Assembly (NCBI GenBank): GCA_012295275.1
Contig: CM022670.1
Span: 25,420,001 to 25,484,000 of the forward strand
Reading direction: 5' to 3'
Source of the DNA: Chrysomallon squamiferum
Lineage: Eukaryota; Animalia; Mollusca
Length of the DNA stretch: 64,000 bases
Part shown: one piece after another, positions 27,430-40,745 of the stretch
How positions within the stretch are numbered: the first letter of the stretch is position 1
How the letters are laid out: each line of letters begins with the position of its first letter
The notes under the pieces: generated by a model
What the model was told of the DNA's origin: nothing
Databases searched by the model: none
Seen by the model: the letters and a program-made list of their open reading frames with translations, nothing else
Position numbers and translations under genes: made by a program

Positions 27430-27496
27430 ATTGTTATTATATTGTTATTTGTTTCTTTTGTAGGTTCGAAGAACCACAAGAACAAGGAAAACCTAA
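4694..27496 (+). CDS. PDS5: Sister chromatid cohesion protein PDS5 homolog (PDS5A/B-like; HEAT repeats plus disordered AT-hook tail), 34 coding exons, about 1537 aa
   Basis: Hand-spliced, all introns GT-AG and phases consistent: join(4694-4783,5228-5422,5733-5819,6177-6274,6700-6826,6974-7054,7332-7472,7823-7938,10495-10589,11215-11360,11543-11694,14322-14435,14781-14813,15402-15493,15912-16051,16272-16484,16727-16817,17079-17148,17551-17674,18033-18188,18353-18421,18703-18839,19189-19312,19684-19888,20219-20333,20695-20827,21154-21276,21693-21749,22127-22251,22477-23076,23830-23994,25873-26100,26601-26739,27464-27496) = 4614 nt. Hallmark PDS5 peptides: [101 protein letters not shown]. The tail exons (after 22 kb) rest on frame and splice signals only, and the 25873 acceptor is the least certain. 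Confidence 0.95.
8013..10246. mobile_element. Non-autonomous TIR DNA transposon, copy 1 (possibly PIF/Harbinger-like), in a PDS5 intron
   Basis: Perfect 13-bp TIRs GGTACCGGCAGCC (8013-8025) and GGCTGCCGGTACC (10234-10246), with TA immediately outside both. A second, degenerate left end starts at 8282. Colinear similarity to 11878-14169. No transposase ORF recognised. The superfamily call is an inference. Confidence 0.8.
11878..14169. mobile_element. Non-autonomous TIR DNA transposon, copy 2 (same family and orientation as 8013-10246)
   Basis: Degenerate TIRs GGTACTGGCTGGC and GGCTGCC-GTACC, flanked by TAA at 11875-11877 and 14170-14172. GG..CC ends with a TWA duplication fit PIF/Harbinger or Zator. 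Shares long blocks with copy 1 and carries an extra segment at about 12455-12770. Confidence 0.8.
22565..22591 (+). other. PDS5: AT-hook motif (KKGRGRPRK) in the PDS5 C-terminal tail
   Basis: Direct translation in exon 22477-23076. The RGRP core is flanked by basic residues, as in vertebrate PDS5B. Confidence 0.85.
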
Positions 27497-30400
27497 ATCT
27501 TCTGAACATTTGACTAGCAAGTAAAAGCACAGGGAATTCATTTAACTGATCACTTTGGTTAAGTTTGTGTTCTTAATAAGATACTTATTTCTGACATAGT
27601 GGTGCAATTGCAGGTTTTAAAAAAGGGAGACAATTTGGACTGAGGATGAAATACTGGGCATCTGTATTTTGATGGCAGAAGTAAGCCATACAAGAAAAAA
27701 AAAAAAAATTATAAATTAAAAAGGAAAAGAAAGAATAATGAAGAGAAAATGTTGTTAATTGTTGTTTTTCTGTTTTAATGATGGAAAGGGAAGATGGCTG
27801 AATTACTTGGAACAATTTGTTGGCAGCGTCACTTAAATACATTTTAATATATATTTCATTCCATCTTTTTTTAAGTACCATTGGTAAACACATCAAAAAA
27901 AGGACAATTTCATTGCAATACATTTCATTCACACTGCAGGTTTTAGACTAGTAGACATTTCTTCGTAATTCAGAAGACATGTACTTTTTTTTTTAAAATG
28001 AAAAAAACTTTTAAAATTTTTAGTCTGTGTGTTTGGTTTATTTGTTTGTTTCTTTTTCTTTTTTCTTTTTTTGACCAAAACCCCCTCCCTGAAAAACAGA
28101 TATATAAATAATGGTAATAAACAAAATGTTGAACATGGTATAATATGAATTCCATCTCTGTTTAAAAGTTGATGCCTCTGACATTGTGTAATAGTTTGTG
28201 ATATATATTGAGGGGGTGTGCATTGTATATAAATATATATATATATTTATATATATATATATATAATGTGTTCTGAAAATAAAGTGCATTGTGTAACTTA
28301 CAGATATTTTCACTTTGTTACTGCATGTTGTGTATATCTTCATTTATTTTCAGACAGGTCTCTAAAATAGTGAATCATAATTTGTGTGAGAAATATATAT
28401 GTATGTATGTAAGTATCAAGAAAGAATACATTTTCCTGAGCATTATGGTGATGATTTATTTTATTGTATTTTTTATTTGTTTTACTGTTTACATTTATAA
28501 ACTGTTTTGTGAAAAACAGAATGAAACATGGATATAATAGTAGTATTGAAAACAAATGTGTGTGTGTGTTATTTTAAGAAGGAATTTCCTTTTTACTGGA
28601 GAGTTTTGAAGAGTGGGGAAGTTTTTTTTCCTAGTTTTTTTTTTTTTTTTAATCCCTTTTCTTTCTTTTTTTAATTTTTTTTAATTTTTTATTTTTTTAA
28701 ATAAAATTTAGATTAAAAAAAAAAAAAAAAAAAAAAAATAATAATAATAATAACACTAGTTCGAAAATGAGCCTAATGTACGATTTATTAATGGTTTGCA
28801 TATCTGTCGCTTTCAGGCCTACTGAGAAGTTCGTTGTTAAGATCCTATACTGATTTTCCACTGAGTGGCGGGTTTCCTCTGATAGCGCCATTATGCAGTA
28901 CTAAAACCTAACTTTCACACATTATCATCGTTGATAAGAAGTCAAACAATTGTCTATTCATTCATTTATAAAGAGGATGTGTGGAACACATTAGAAGGTT
29001 AGCTAATACCAGTAGTAGCTGAAAAAGAAAGAGGTTCACTGCGTTATTAGATATGACACTAATTGTTAACAGATGTACATTTAAAAAAAAAACTGCAGCA
29101 AAGATTTAAACATTTAAAAAATGTTGTTACTGATGTTGAGAAATGGTGAATATCGTTATTTTTTTCTGTAAACGCAGTAACTAAGATGGAAGAAGGGTAA
29201 AATGTATGTAAACACAGACACACATACAATAAAAATAAAATTACTCCACCAGAAATAAAATGTTGATTTTTATTCTGCTGTTTTGCATTCCGAAATGAAT
29301 GTTTGGTCATAACCTTAGCAGAAGTGGTTAACTGATAAAGATAAACATAGATGACATTCGTTAAACTTTGTGTCATTGCAATAGGAAAAATAAATATTAG
29401 TAATCATATTCGTGACTCCACCTTCTATTGTTTACTTTCATTATTATGAAAGCAGTCCATACCCTAATTTGTAGCCATCACAAGACAATGTCCCACATTT
29501 TCATAAATTTGCCGGACGCGCTGCATTAATCACTGTGATAATGAAAACGTGAGTGCAAGAGTTACCATGCAGAGAAAGAATGTGTGTTAAAAGACTTGAG
29601 ATTTAACTATTTACAAAAATCCAAATTGGATTCGTCGAATTTGAATAACGATAGGTTTTCTTTAACATTTTTTTTTTTCTTCTTTTCTTTTCTAAATGGT
29701 TAATAACTAAAGAACAAAAGAAATGTTAATCTGAATAACGCATTATTTAACAATTTATTTACACTCTGTTTATATGATAATGAATAAATGTTGAACAACT
29801 ATTAGGAAAAATTAACATCAACTGAACTGACCCTAAGAAACAAACAATGGCATCAAATAAATCTGAACATGACTGCGGAAAATCTGAATTATACCAATGG
29901 GTGTGCTTTCCGATCCAGTATCGTGATTTCACATGGAAACTATTTTCTCTTCCAACAACCTGTGGAAAATGTAGACGAAACAAACAGTGGAAAGGTCAGT
30001 AGGTTATCTCTGGAAGCATGCAGTAAATGTAATGTTTGAGCCTTGTGTGACTGCTGCAGAAAAACACCCCACTGGGTGAGGTTCAGATTAGGATTCACCG
30101 TTATCAATCATCTTTTTTCAAACTCTTATTCATAGAATATTCTAGCCTGAGAGTTTAGACACAATGATCTGGTAAAGATGCCACTAAGTGATGCATAATT
30201 AGCTTGAAGAAAGTATAGTATAATTATCTAAGATGCTGAGAAATATTTGGTTAGCATTAACCACTTCGCTACTGAACACCAACGATGGTTTGCAGGATGT
30301 ATCACCGTTTCCAACTCAAGCACTAGCTATGCGATATTTTGTAACAGCTGACAAGAATTTCAGTATTGTGTATCGTTTTCATTCAAACGTCCATGGGAGC

Positions 30401-30502
30401 TATCTCTAAAATACGTTCTCTCATACAAACATCATTTCCCAGCGAGATGATCGACAGTTATTGTGTCCTCTTTTCAGACTGGAATGAAAACAAATATACT
30501 AA

Positions 30503-30620
<118 letters not shown>

Positions 30621-30711
30621 TGAAAATGTTTAGTATGTGTTTAGGGAGTTGGGTGTGTATTTATATCTCTATATCTCACGCACAGATAAAATTACCCAGA
30701 TAAAACAACAC

Positions 30712-30742
<31 letters not shown>

Positions 30743-31789
30743 GAGGTTTTAAAAAACAGAAGAATGTATTATATTTATGAAAAATAATGTCTAATTACCC
30801 AGAACAACAGAGAAGACTAGAGAGTAAAGTTATCTTGAGTTCCATGCATTTGGTTTGCGCAAACAACATACGATTAGCATGGATCAATTAAAATATTTCA
30901 TTTGGAAAACGCCTTATGGTAAACAGTTAGTGCTATGTATATCGGTCAGTTCAAGGACAAGAGATGACCTAAATTGATTTCGTTAAACCTTCCAAAGATA
31001 ACGAAAGCTTATTAGGAACCATTAATTTTAAAATAGATTCAGTTTGGTTATTATTATTATTATTATTATTATTATCATCATCATCATACTCCTCCTCATT
31101 ATCATCATCATTTAGTATCACCATTATCATTGTCATCGTTATTTAAAAAAAAAAAAAAATTATAATTATTGTTAATCTATATTTTCTTAATACTAATATA
31201 ATGAAATTTTGATTCTTAATTTAAAAGAGGGGGAAAACCAGAGCACTAAAACACTCAGGTTCCGCCGCCTCAAACAAGATATCGAATGGCCAGTGTCACA
31301 TTTAAAACCGGGAGAACTGGGGAACTTCCTTGTTATAATGAGGCACTTTGAGCCGATTTTGTCCATATTTCAAACAGTGGATGATTCGACACTTCAAGAG
31401 CACGTATTTCATTACTAAAGTGACACGACTGAACTTTCGAACCATTTCATAGAAGAGTTTCAAATTTCAAGTTGGTGTTGAATTTTTATTATACATAACA
31501 AACTTTTAAATTTAAATTTATTTATAGATGTATAATAATCTGTCTGATCATATATATTTTACACGTAAATATACACATACTCACACACATATTATATATA
31601 TATGAATATATATATATATTGATCTTTTCGATCTTACATTAGTTCACGTTTATGTCAAAAAGTATTCCTTAGTGTCCGTTATATCTGTTTTTGTACGTCT
31701 ATACGTGTCTGTGTCTCCCTCTCTCTTTAATTTCTTTTTATTTGAAACCTTGTATTTAGTTAGTTTTAAACTGTAAACACTGCCAGTTT

Positions 31790-32132
31790 GATGAACTGAA
31801 AACAGGAAGCACCGCCCTAAAACGTCAACCACGTGATACGAAGTATAACTTACACTGTGATAACGAAACATGGACTACACGTGTAGCAAATTTCTTTTAT
31901 GTATATATATTTCTCTCTTTCTTTCTTTTTCTTTTTTTTTGTTCCCTTTTAACCTTTCGTTCCTAACAGATCGGTTCAACAAATAGAGCGCCAGCGATTT
32001 TCTTTCAAGAGTGTGTGCTGGCAGAAGAAAAATCGACATTCAGTATACCAGACGTTTTAGTTAGCTAACTGAGTAATGCAGAGTAACTGGCACGAGGAAT
32101 TCCCAGGAGGCGAATAACGGGACATAAGAAAG
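31790..32132 (+). promoter_or_regulatory. Candidate promoter plus non-coding first exon of a downstream + strand gene (possibly the GT31 gene at 49888)
   Basis: CpG-richer patch with CAGGAAG (ETS-like), CCGCCC, two CACGTG E-boxes (one inside the palindrome CTACACGTGTAG), ending at a consensus donor AAG|GTAAGT at 32132/32133. The link to the downstream gene is inferred. Confidence 0.4.
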
Positions 32133-32698
32133 GTAAGTTTTTAATATCTTATAACGGTATGACTAATTAACCATTTATATTACTTTATTATCTAGAGACA
32201 AAAAGAAGAAGAAGAAGAAATTAGACCTCTGAACAAAGTGTTAGTGTACAGAATAAGTCACGAACGACACAGGTTAATTGTATGAGATAAAATATTTACT
32301 TTCTTCTTTCTTCTAGGTTATTTTTAAGGTACTGATTAACAGAAAAAGAAAAGAAAGAATTTATATGTATATGTATGTGTGTGTATGTGTAATGTTTTAG
32401 TTATTTAAAACCAGGAAAGTATAATATTAAAGTTTGTTTTATTGTAAAACTGTACGTTCTATTTTACTGCCAAACACATCATGCGTTTCTGTCAGATATG
32501 GATTAATTAACATGATTAATTAAATTACGCTGAAAGAATGGCGTTTTAATCATACATATGATTAAAATACATATTACCTCCATCCGGGTTAAGGCTGCAG
32601 GAAAAATGTGAATCATTACCAGACCATAAACTGCATGTAATTTAAAAGTAACTGAAATCGTTAATATAGTATACGTTATACATTATATTATTCAGTTA

Positions 32699-32732
<34 letters not shown>

Positions 32733-34140
32733 TAAAACAAAAACAAAATTTTTAATTACAACGTACCTTATTTCTGTTGCTAGAATTTACGATTTTATTC
32801 CAGCACAGTGGTTTTATAAATAATAAACTGGAGAAAAAAAAAAAAAAAAAAAAAAAATGATAATAATAATAATAATAGTAATAAATAAATAAGTAAAAAG
32901 CGGAGGAAAATTAAATATAATTATCTAAACACAACATATTTCGTTTCCAGCCTTTTTCTACTTAACCTATTTCAAGATTAATTATCGTTACTCTTGTTTA
33001 TTAATTTCATTTGTTATTGGAGGAGAAAAGGGTCGAACGAGTATAAACTGTAATTAAGTTTCAAATTCACCATTAAGCTATTTTTTGAAAATTTATTCAA
33101 GACGAGCAGGAGAGATTTTTCTAATAATTATATCATGCATTGATTGATTACAGATCAGAATCGCAGGAAATAATAATTAATAATATGTCTTCTCATGCCA
33201 TAAAAACAAATCGTCAGAGGTTCGCGGAAATGTTTTCTTAACCACACAGACGCATTTTATTACTGAACCGGCCACCTCAGTGTGGAAACAGATGGAAGAA
33301 CGTGGTTGCCACCCTATGTCTAGAAAACAAGATAACTCGTTATTGGCACCAAGCAGGCTACTTTGTAAGATTAAGAGGGAGACACGCTTCACATTCAACG
33401 TTCCTTACAAACAAAAGAATTACAAATGATGCTACAAAAGGGCATTTTGTAGTAATATACATGTGGTTGGAACGGGTAATATCTCGGAAGGTCGTGTGCC
33501 GGGTTTCAAAATGGTGCCACGCATGCTTCACGTGTAAGAGATACAAAGTCGATCTACATCAGTGAAATCAGTACGTTGTTTTCGGAGTGTGATTAATAGG
33601 GTCAAGCAAAGAGTTGATTTGATTGATTGAGTCAAGCAATAACATTAAGCTTTTTGAACGACAATTTCAGTTTTTCCATCGCAAGAAATTCCAAAATTCA
33701 TGATATTATTTCTTTATTTGTTACTACTCTATTTTTAAAATTATTTTCTAGAATTTGTTTTTGTTTTTTGTTGCTGAAGGAATTGTTTGGCACACCTGTA
33801 ATATGTTTGACCGAAATTATATTACAGAACACTATCTAATATTCTAGTCACTTTTAAACATTGTTTATTTTGCCAGCTAATAGTAATACATTTTGTTTTA
33901 ATTTATGTGGCAGCCTGTAACACTCTGACACACACAAATGGTTAACGCGAATTAATGTTTTTTTTTTTTTTTTTTTTAGTTTTATTGCGGTTTTTTTTTT
34001 TTTTTTTTTTGGGAGGTTTCACGTCGCAAATTTTCAGCTTAATCTAGATACTTCCATTAAAGTGTCATATTTGATTTTATGACCGAAGGATTAAATGGCA
34101 ATGGTTAAAAAATTTGAATAATCGTTTTACATTTTCATTT

Positions 34141-34171
<31 letters not shown>

Positions 34172-34528
34172 GTTTTAAAACCGTGTTCAGACACCTACAG
34201 AAATATATATATATATATATTCAAACATACTTCAACACACATATAAATAAATTATATATATAACACACTGACAATAACATATTAAAAAAATAAAGGTGAA
34301 GAAGAAATCTAATATAAAAATTCAAGGAATGTAAAATAATCTCAGAACTGTGAACATGTTTTAAATATTGGGTCTAAGGGGCACTGTGACCTGCAAATTG
34401 TTAAAGTCTTCGTACAAAACACGCTTATATTAAAACCATAATATAAATTATGTATGTATGAAAATCCTTGTGTAATAACTAATTCAATCAGTCTATCAAC
34501 CTGTCAGTCTCTTATATAAATATTCAAT

Positions 34529-34531
<3 letters not shown>

Positions 34532-34592
<61 letters not shown>
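34532..34592. repeat. (CA)n microsatellite
   Basis: Directly visible. Confidence 0.95.
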
Positions 34593-34594
<2 letters not shown>

Positions 34595-35217
34595 GTAAGC
34601 AGACTCATTTTCCATACTTTTGACAAACAGATACATGGCTGAGGCGGATATGTGGTTAGAATCAGTCCTTCTCGTTTTAGCCATTGCTCTATATATCCCG
34701 TTCCAGCCATTACATAAAGAGCTGTGTTGTGCGCTTTTCAAACAAGATTTCTCATAATGCTTATTCATCCTTTTATTGCTAAAATTGTTCATCCTTTATC
34801 TATCTGCATTGTATCAGCTATTAATTTTCTGATAATCTACGATGACAATAAATACAAAGATAACAAAACTGATTCGGTTAACCGACATGTGACGCGACCT
34901 GACCGATATGAGAAAGGAAATCCCAGTTACCTATCAGATGTTAATGATTCATAGCTAATACAGGTTAAAAATAATAATACCTCATTTAAAAACAACAACA
35001 ACAACAACAACAAATTAATATTAATAGTTGACATATGAGAGTTTTAATTGGATAAACAAATTCACAGACACACTGAATGCAAATAGAAGACATAAAGTGT
35101 GCTTAAACATAAGAAACTAGAATAACTCGGTTTTGTGTACAAGTTACTGCTTTAAAAGATCCTGTTTTATCTTTCGTGTCAAATTCTGCCTGTTTTCTTT
35201 ATATAATGTAAATCAGT

Positions 35218-35219
<2 letters not shown>

Positions 35220-35280
<61 letters not shown>
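35220..35280. repeat. (AAT)n microsatellite
   Basis: Directly visible. Confidence 0.95.
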
Positions 35281-35282
<2 letters not shown>

Positions 35283-36050
35283 TCATAATAAACGTAATCA
35301 TAAACATATATAAGTTGTGTTTAAAAGATTCTTGTGTTGTCCGCCAGATAGTGTTAGTGTGTTAGAAAGAAGGAATGATATATTACAAGAAAAAAATTGG
35401 TTATAGAAATAACTGTTAATGGATTAAAACAGATTCCGCAGCGGTTGGCGTTAGTATGTTAGACTGAAGAAAGGCAACACTAGTTAATATCAATGTGTTA
35501 GATGTGAGGCTATGGTTACTTTTTTTTAATGTGTTAGAAAAAAGAAAAGAAAAGACCCAGAGACTGTAGTGATCATTGTTTGTATGTAAAAACATAAGCT
35601 GTAGTGATCAGAGTTAATTTGTTATGTTATCATTGTTAGTATGCTGGAGGGAACAGTGCTCAGTGTTAGGGCACAGTGGTCAGTGTTAGTATGCTGGACA
35701 GAAGCGAAGCACTGTGATCACTATTAATATTTTAATTAACAGAGATCCCAATCGTAAGACCAGTCTGGCTTAACGCAGGCAGCTCATTACTTCTTAAAGT
35801 GCAAAGAATTGTAACCAGATCTATAGTTTCCCTAATTAAAGCAAAACGCTTCCATATCCTCCTCTACATACACATAATAATGCTGGCTTTGTATTAAATA
35901 TCTAAATTTTTCATTGTTTTGTTTTAGTTTTGTCTTGGCTTTTGGTTAATTAGAGATGTTTAGACGCTGCTTTTTCATTACATCAATTAAACTGTACGCA
36001 AAAACTTTCACCTTTGTTTAAACTAGTTTTCTTCTCCCGCTTTTTTTAAC

Positions 36051-36082
<32 letters not shown>

Positions 36083-36295
36083 AATTCCGTCTGGCTTTTA
36101 CTTTCTGTTTCTCTTTCTACATTTTTGTTTCAGTCTGAGTAAATTTTAGACACCTTGTTACAAACATTGTGAACTGTGCGTTGTTTCTTTGGTACCGTTG
36201 TTATTAGCTGTTCTAAATATCTAAACTCTTCGGTTTCCCTGTTTTGTATATAACACTTATAGTTACAGAATCTACAAATTGTTTCTCGTTTCTTT

Positions 36296-36296
<1 letters not shown>

Positions 36297-36360
<64 letters not shown>

Positions 36361-36378
36361 CTTCTTCTTCTTCTTCTT

Positions 36379-36443
<65 letters not shown>
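36297..36443. repeat. Compound trinucleotide microsatellite (ATT)n(GTT)n(CTT)n(ATT)n
   Basis: Directly visible. It generates the spurious poly-N/K/I/R ORFs in the track. Confidence 0.95.
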
Positions 36444-38306
36444 CTGATACATTAACATCTGAGGCCTGAAAATGTGCATTTCCAACAAAATGATTTTCCA
36501 GTGTTGAGTTCTCCATGCGAACTTCAAAATAGAATTTTTGTTTGTCCAGTCTAGGCGTTAATCCGCTGCAAAACATTGACGCACTGATGTCGAAAAAAGC
36601 ATCCAAGCTTAACGTCGATACACTGCAAATCCACCAAAAAGCGACCCAGCAAACTGATTTAAAATTTTGCCGACATTATCTCATCGCTGATTTTTTCCCT
36701 CTTGTTTTTTTTTTTTACATTTTTGTCGTCAAGGTTTATTTATTTTAGGTTGCACTTTAGAAAAAGCATTTATTAAGAAACACTGTTTTTATTTTTAACA
36801 AAAAAAAAGAAGAAAAAAAAAAAATAGAAACATTTAAAGTTAACCTTGTACAACGGCAGTGATTAATTGAAAATGAAAAGAGCAAAGGAATACCAAAATG
36901 GGGAAAACAGCCAGTCACATTTTTTTCTTCTTTATTTTGCCAACCAGTATCTTTTCATTGCAAAAAAAATAATTTTATCTTGTGAATTCCCACCCATTCT
37001 AATGAGTAAAAGCCACCGCTACATTGTCCGAACGTCACATTATAGGTAACGGTGTGAGTACTAATTTTAATAATGGATATATAAGTGAACAGTTATGTTT
37101 ATACCTTCTTGACACACATTAATATTAACCTGTAATTTTTTCAGTATATGCTATTTCCAACCAACCAACCAACATATACGGTATATCTACAGAACACAAT
37201 GCGTGTGAAATATTTTGCTTAATCATAGTATTATCTTGATCTTTGTTTAAGTTTTGTTTACTAAACAACTCGACTAAGCCATGTAGAGATTATAAACACA
37301 TTTACTATTAAAGATATCTGATATTTAATCTGGCTGTTGTATTTAAAAATGCATCTACAAAATCAGTTGCTGTATTTATCTGATAGCCAGTACAGACTTG
37401 GATTCTGATCGGAAAATCGTGTGATACTGCAGACATTGTGATTATAGAGAACTTTGATTACAGAGTACATTCTGGAGAAATGTTCTAAAGCGCTCGATAC
37501 TGACCAGTATAGTTTGTCCGTAAAGACTACTTTAAATAACACAATTTACAGGAGTTTTTGAAATGTTTCTGAACCACTGCCATCCCCACAATAACGTATC
37601 ATGGCATTTGCTTCCCATAAATGTCCATTCTTTCTCCTCAAAAAAAGAAAAAAAAAAAGTAGAAGAAAGTAACGAACATGAAAACATAAATGATAATAAT
37701 AATAATAGTGATAATAATAACAATAATAATAAAGTTAAATAATGCATAATTATGTAGACGGTAATGTGGTATATTTTATCCTTAAATAGGCACTTTCGTA
37801 TAATCTGAAGTTGAGAGAAACAAATGTCTAAAACAAACACTTAAAGTTACTGTCTGCTTTCGATGATAGATGTTTCTCGTTGGTGAGAAAAGTATTAGGA
37901 TTTAAAATCAAAACATTCAGTGTATCTGCTAGGGATCGGTGATAAGGGATATCACGAGAGATGAGAAAATAAAAACTACATTTAATATTTTCAATTATGA
38001 AACTGTTGGGTTAAGTTTAAGGTCGGTGACTCGTGCTGTTTCCAAGTCAATATTTGCTTTTGAATTAGTAAAGAATTTTCTTGAGATGTTTGACATACGT
38101 CGTTGTTTTGAGAGTTTGTGTTCGCCGTACAAACATGATGGTACTCGAAGAAAACATTAAAGTCTGAACTGTGAGAAAGACAAATAAGATGAAGTCTTTC
38201 GAATAAATAAATGAAATTTATAAAGAGTATCGTTTATCTAGACGGCATTTATTCCAAGTAAAGAACAACCATTTTTCATAGAAGAGTCTATCATGGCTGA
38301 TTTTGA

Positions 38307-38309
<3 letters not shown>

Positions 38310-38371
<62 letters not shown>

Positions 38372-38390
38372 GTAATAACAACAACAACAA
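38310..38390. repeat. (AAT)n(AAC)n microsatellite
   Basis: Directly visible. Confidence 0.95.
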
Positions 38391-38719
38391 TCAGTTGTTT
38401 AGCTACTTTATAATAAAACTTCCAGTACCTTTTATTTAGAAAGCTATTGAATATATGTATAACTTGTTACTGTTGTTTTGTCTGAAAAACAAAACCAAGA
38501 AACCCCAAAAAACAAAAAAACAACAACAAAAATTAATGATTTTCTAGTATGTAATGTCTTCTCATATAACAATGCATTGAATATGTTTGGACTCTCTCAC
38601 TTCTAGTATAGCTATATTAACAATTTTCTTTTGAACATACTCCCCCCACTCTTTATTGCAACGTTATAACTTTAAATGTCACCATAAACCTACACCAATA
38701 TAGCTCAAAAACAGCAACA

Positions 38720-39560
38720 ACGAAAAAATTAACATATCGCAATCGTATCGGACAATATCATGTCATTCCACACTAGATGACAATGCACCATACAGAACGA
38801 TATTATAGTGCACCGTATTAACCACGCCATATCTCAAAAAATCACGGCTCAACGAAATACACCATAGCGAATTATGCTGGAGTTGACCACATCTCACAGA
38901 ATTCACAGTACACCTCACCATAACATAAAAGGATTCATGTCCGTATTACAGTGTTTCTAGGCATATCACATCTCAGTAGACTGCACTAAACATGACCGTA
39001 AATACTCCACAATACATTACAAAGTACAGTTCAACGCCACAGTAAATCACAATATAGAACACCACACCACACCACAGTATCATGAACACAAGGCCATGCT
39101 TTTGTTCAATATAAATCATAATATAATATACAGTACAACACCATACTAGTTCAGATAATACAGTACCAGACCATAATATACTAGAATGTGTAACACACAT
39201 CATAATACATTATATTATACAACACCATATTATAATACACTAGACTGTACAAGACTACACCATAATATATCAGACAGTTCAATATCATACTGTAGTATAC
39301 AAGACTGAACAAAACTACCTTATAATACACCAGACTGTAAAATACCGCATTATGATACACAATACTGTACAATACCACATTATAATGCACCAGACTGTAC
39401 AACAGCACATTATAATACATCAGACTATAAAATGCCACATTTCAAAACCATAACATAGTATACCAGTCAGTGTAAAACCAACATTAACCACATAACGATA
39501 ATAACAAAAGACCATACAAAATACATCACAGGACATCGGATGATATCACATCATACCATA
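38720..39560. repeat. Degenerate pentamer-based satellite with a 30-bp higher-order unit
   Basis: ACCAT/ACAAT/ATACA-type periodicity throughout. At about 39200-39440 a unit like CATTATAATACACCAGACTGTACAATACCA repeats about 8 times, seen as the 10-aa periodic LYSLVYYNVV in minus-strand ORF 39181-39438. Confidence 0.8.
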
Positions 39561-40227
39561 CCGCATTTGACAATAATCATTCAAATATATCTGCAGTTAA
39601 TAATAATACTGAATAATTACCAATTTACCAAATTTTATTACATTAGTATTCATTATTTACAATATATTAGATAAAGTAAATTTATAAATAATACACCTTT
39701 TTGTATTCTCGCACTACATTTGCTTAAGAACTGAGTTTCTGTCTCTCTACACGTTAATTACTTCAAATCTGTTCGAGCTTTCGCATCAGTCAAGTTTCAC
39801 ATGGCTCCCAGTGTAAACTATAAAATAAATAGATGTTTTTGATTTGACCTCACTTCCAGCCATGTGTAAAACACAGCAATGTGTTTGCAGTCAGAAGGAG
39901 AGAAATATTTTGAATCGCTGATGTCCTACGCGAAATCGAGTGCAAAGAGGTTTGTTTGTAGTGACAAAATGTTTGGAAATGTTTTCGTGTTTTCCAAATG
40001 AGACGTTTGTTTATTTGCGTTTACATTTTTTAACGAATCGACATAACTAACAGAGAATATGTGAAAGGGACTCAGATAGTATTTTCATAAGCTTTATTTT
40101 TATTTTGTCGTGTCATTCAGATAATGGTCTAAACAAATATCTCGATAGACAGACAGAGTATTTTTTCTTTGTTTTTCTATTTTTATATATATATATATAT
40201 GCTTCCATTTATGTAAATATATAAATT

Positions 40228-40745
40228 TTTTTAAGCTGTAAACGCTGATAAGGAAGTATTAAATGAAAAAAAGTCCTAATCTCCACCTTTCTCCTTAAAC
40301 ATACATTAACAAAAGTGACGATTTTATTTTTTCTCGTTTTCTTTAGTAGCACTTTCATGTCCTGTTTCTGAAGCCGAACTGCAAATCAAATATCTATTAC
40401 ATTATGACTGTCACGTTCGTCCAACAGGGGATAAAGTGAAATATAAGTTTGTCAAAATGTTCTTTTTGACCCCTTAAAACGAAAGAAATGATTTGTCTGA
40501 CATAGATTGTTTCCTTAGTAAAATACCTGTTGTGCCTGTTTTCAAAGGATTGAAACAGAATAAGACTAGACATATTAATATCTTGCATTTCATTCACATT
40601 TCGTTTAAAAAACCACTACTACCAGCAACAAAAACATTAATAATCAAAACATTTAAAAAAAGAAAATTTACCCCACACCCTTCTAAATCAGCAGGATGTT
40701 ATCATAAACATAATATTTTTTTATAAACTGACACAATAAATATAT
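40228..40745. repeat. Dispersed repeat of about 0.5 kb, uninterrupted copy (paralogue at 56027-57728)
   Basis: Colinear direct similarity to 56027-56328 plus 57536-57728 (for example AGGAAGTAYTAAATGAAAA, GATAAAGTGAAA, GTTTGTCAAAAT, GCAGGATGTTAT). Confidence 0.85.

Noticed and set aside
4694-27496. U12-type or non-canonical introns in PDS5
   Set aside because: All inferred introns are GT-AG, and none shows the RTATCCTT U12 donor.
28860-28900. GTGGCGGGTTTCCTCT resembling part of the V-SINE
   Set aside because: The match is too short and the flanks do not extend it.
35560-35725. Repeated CAGTGTTAG/GTAGTGATCA motifs
   Set aside because: Irregular degenerate minisatellite with no consistent unit or coding signal.
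36130-36606. 158-aa and overlapping ORFs with poly-N/K/I/R/T runs
   Set aside because: Produced by the compound trinucleotide microsatellite. No domain and no splice support.
39181-39438. Regularly spaced 30-bp repeats as a CRISPR array or a Tyr-rich structural protein
   Set aside because: Contiguous tandem units with no unique spacers, eukaryotic context, no cas genes, and no signal peptide or splice support.
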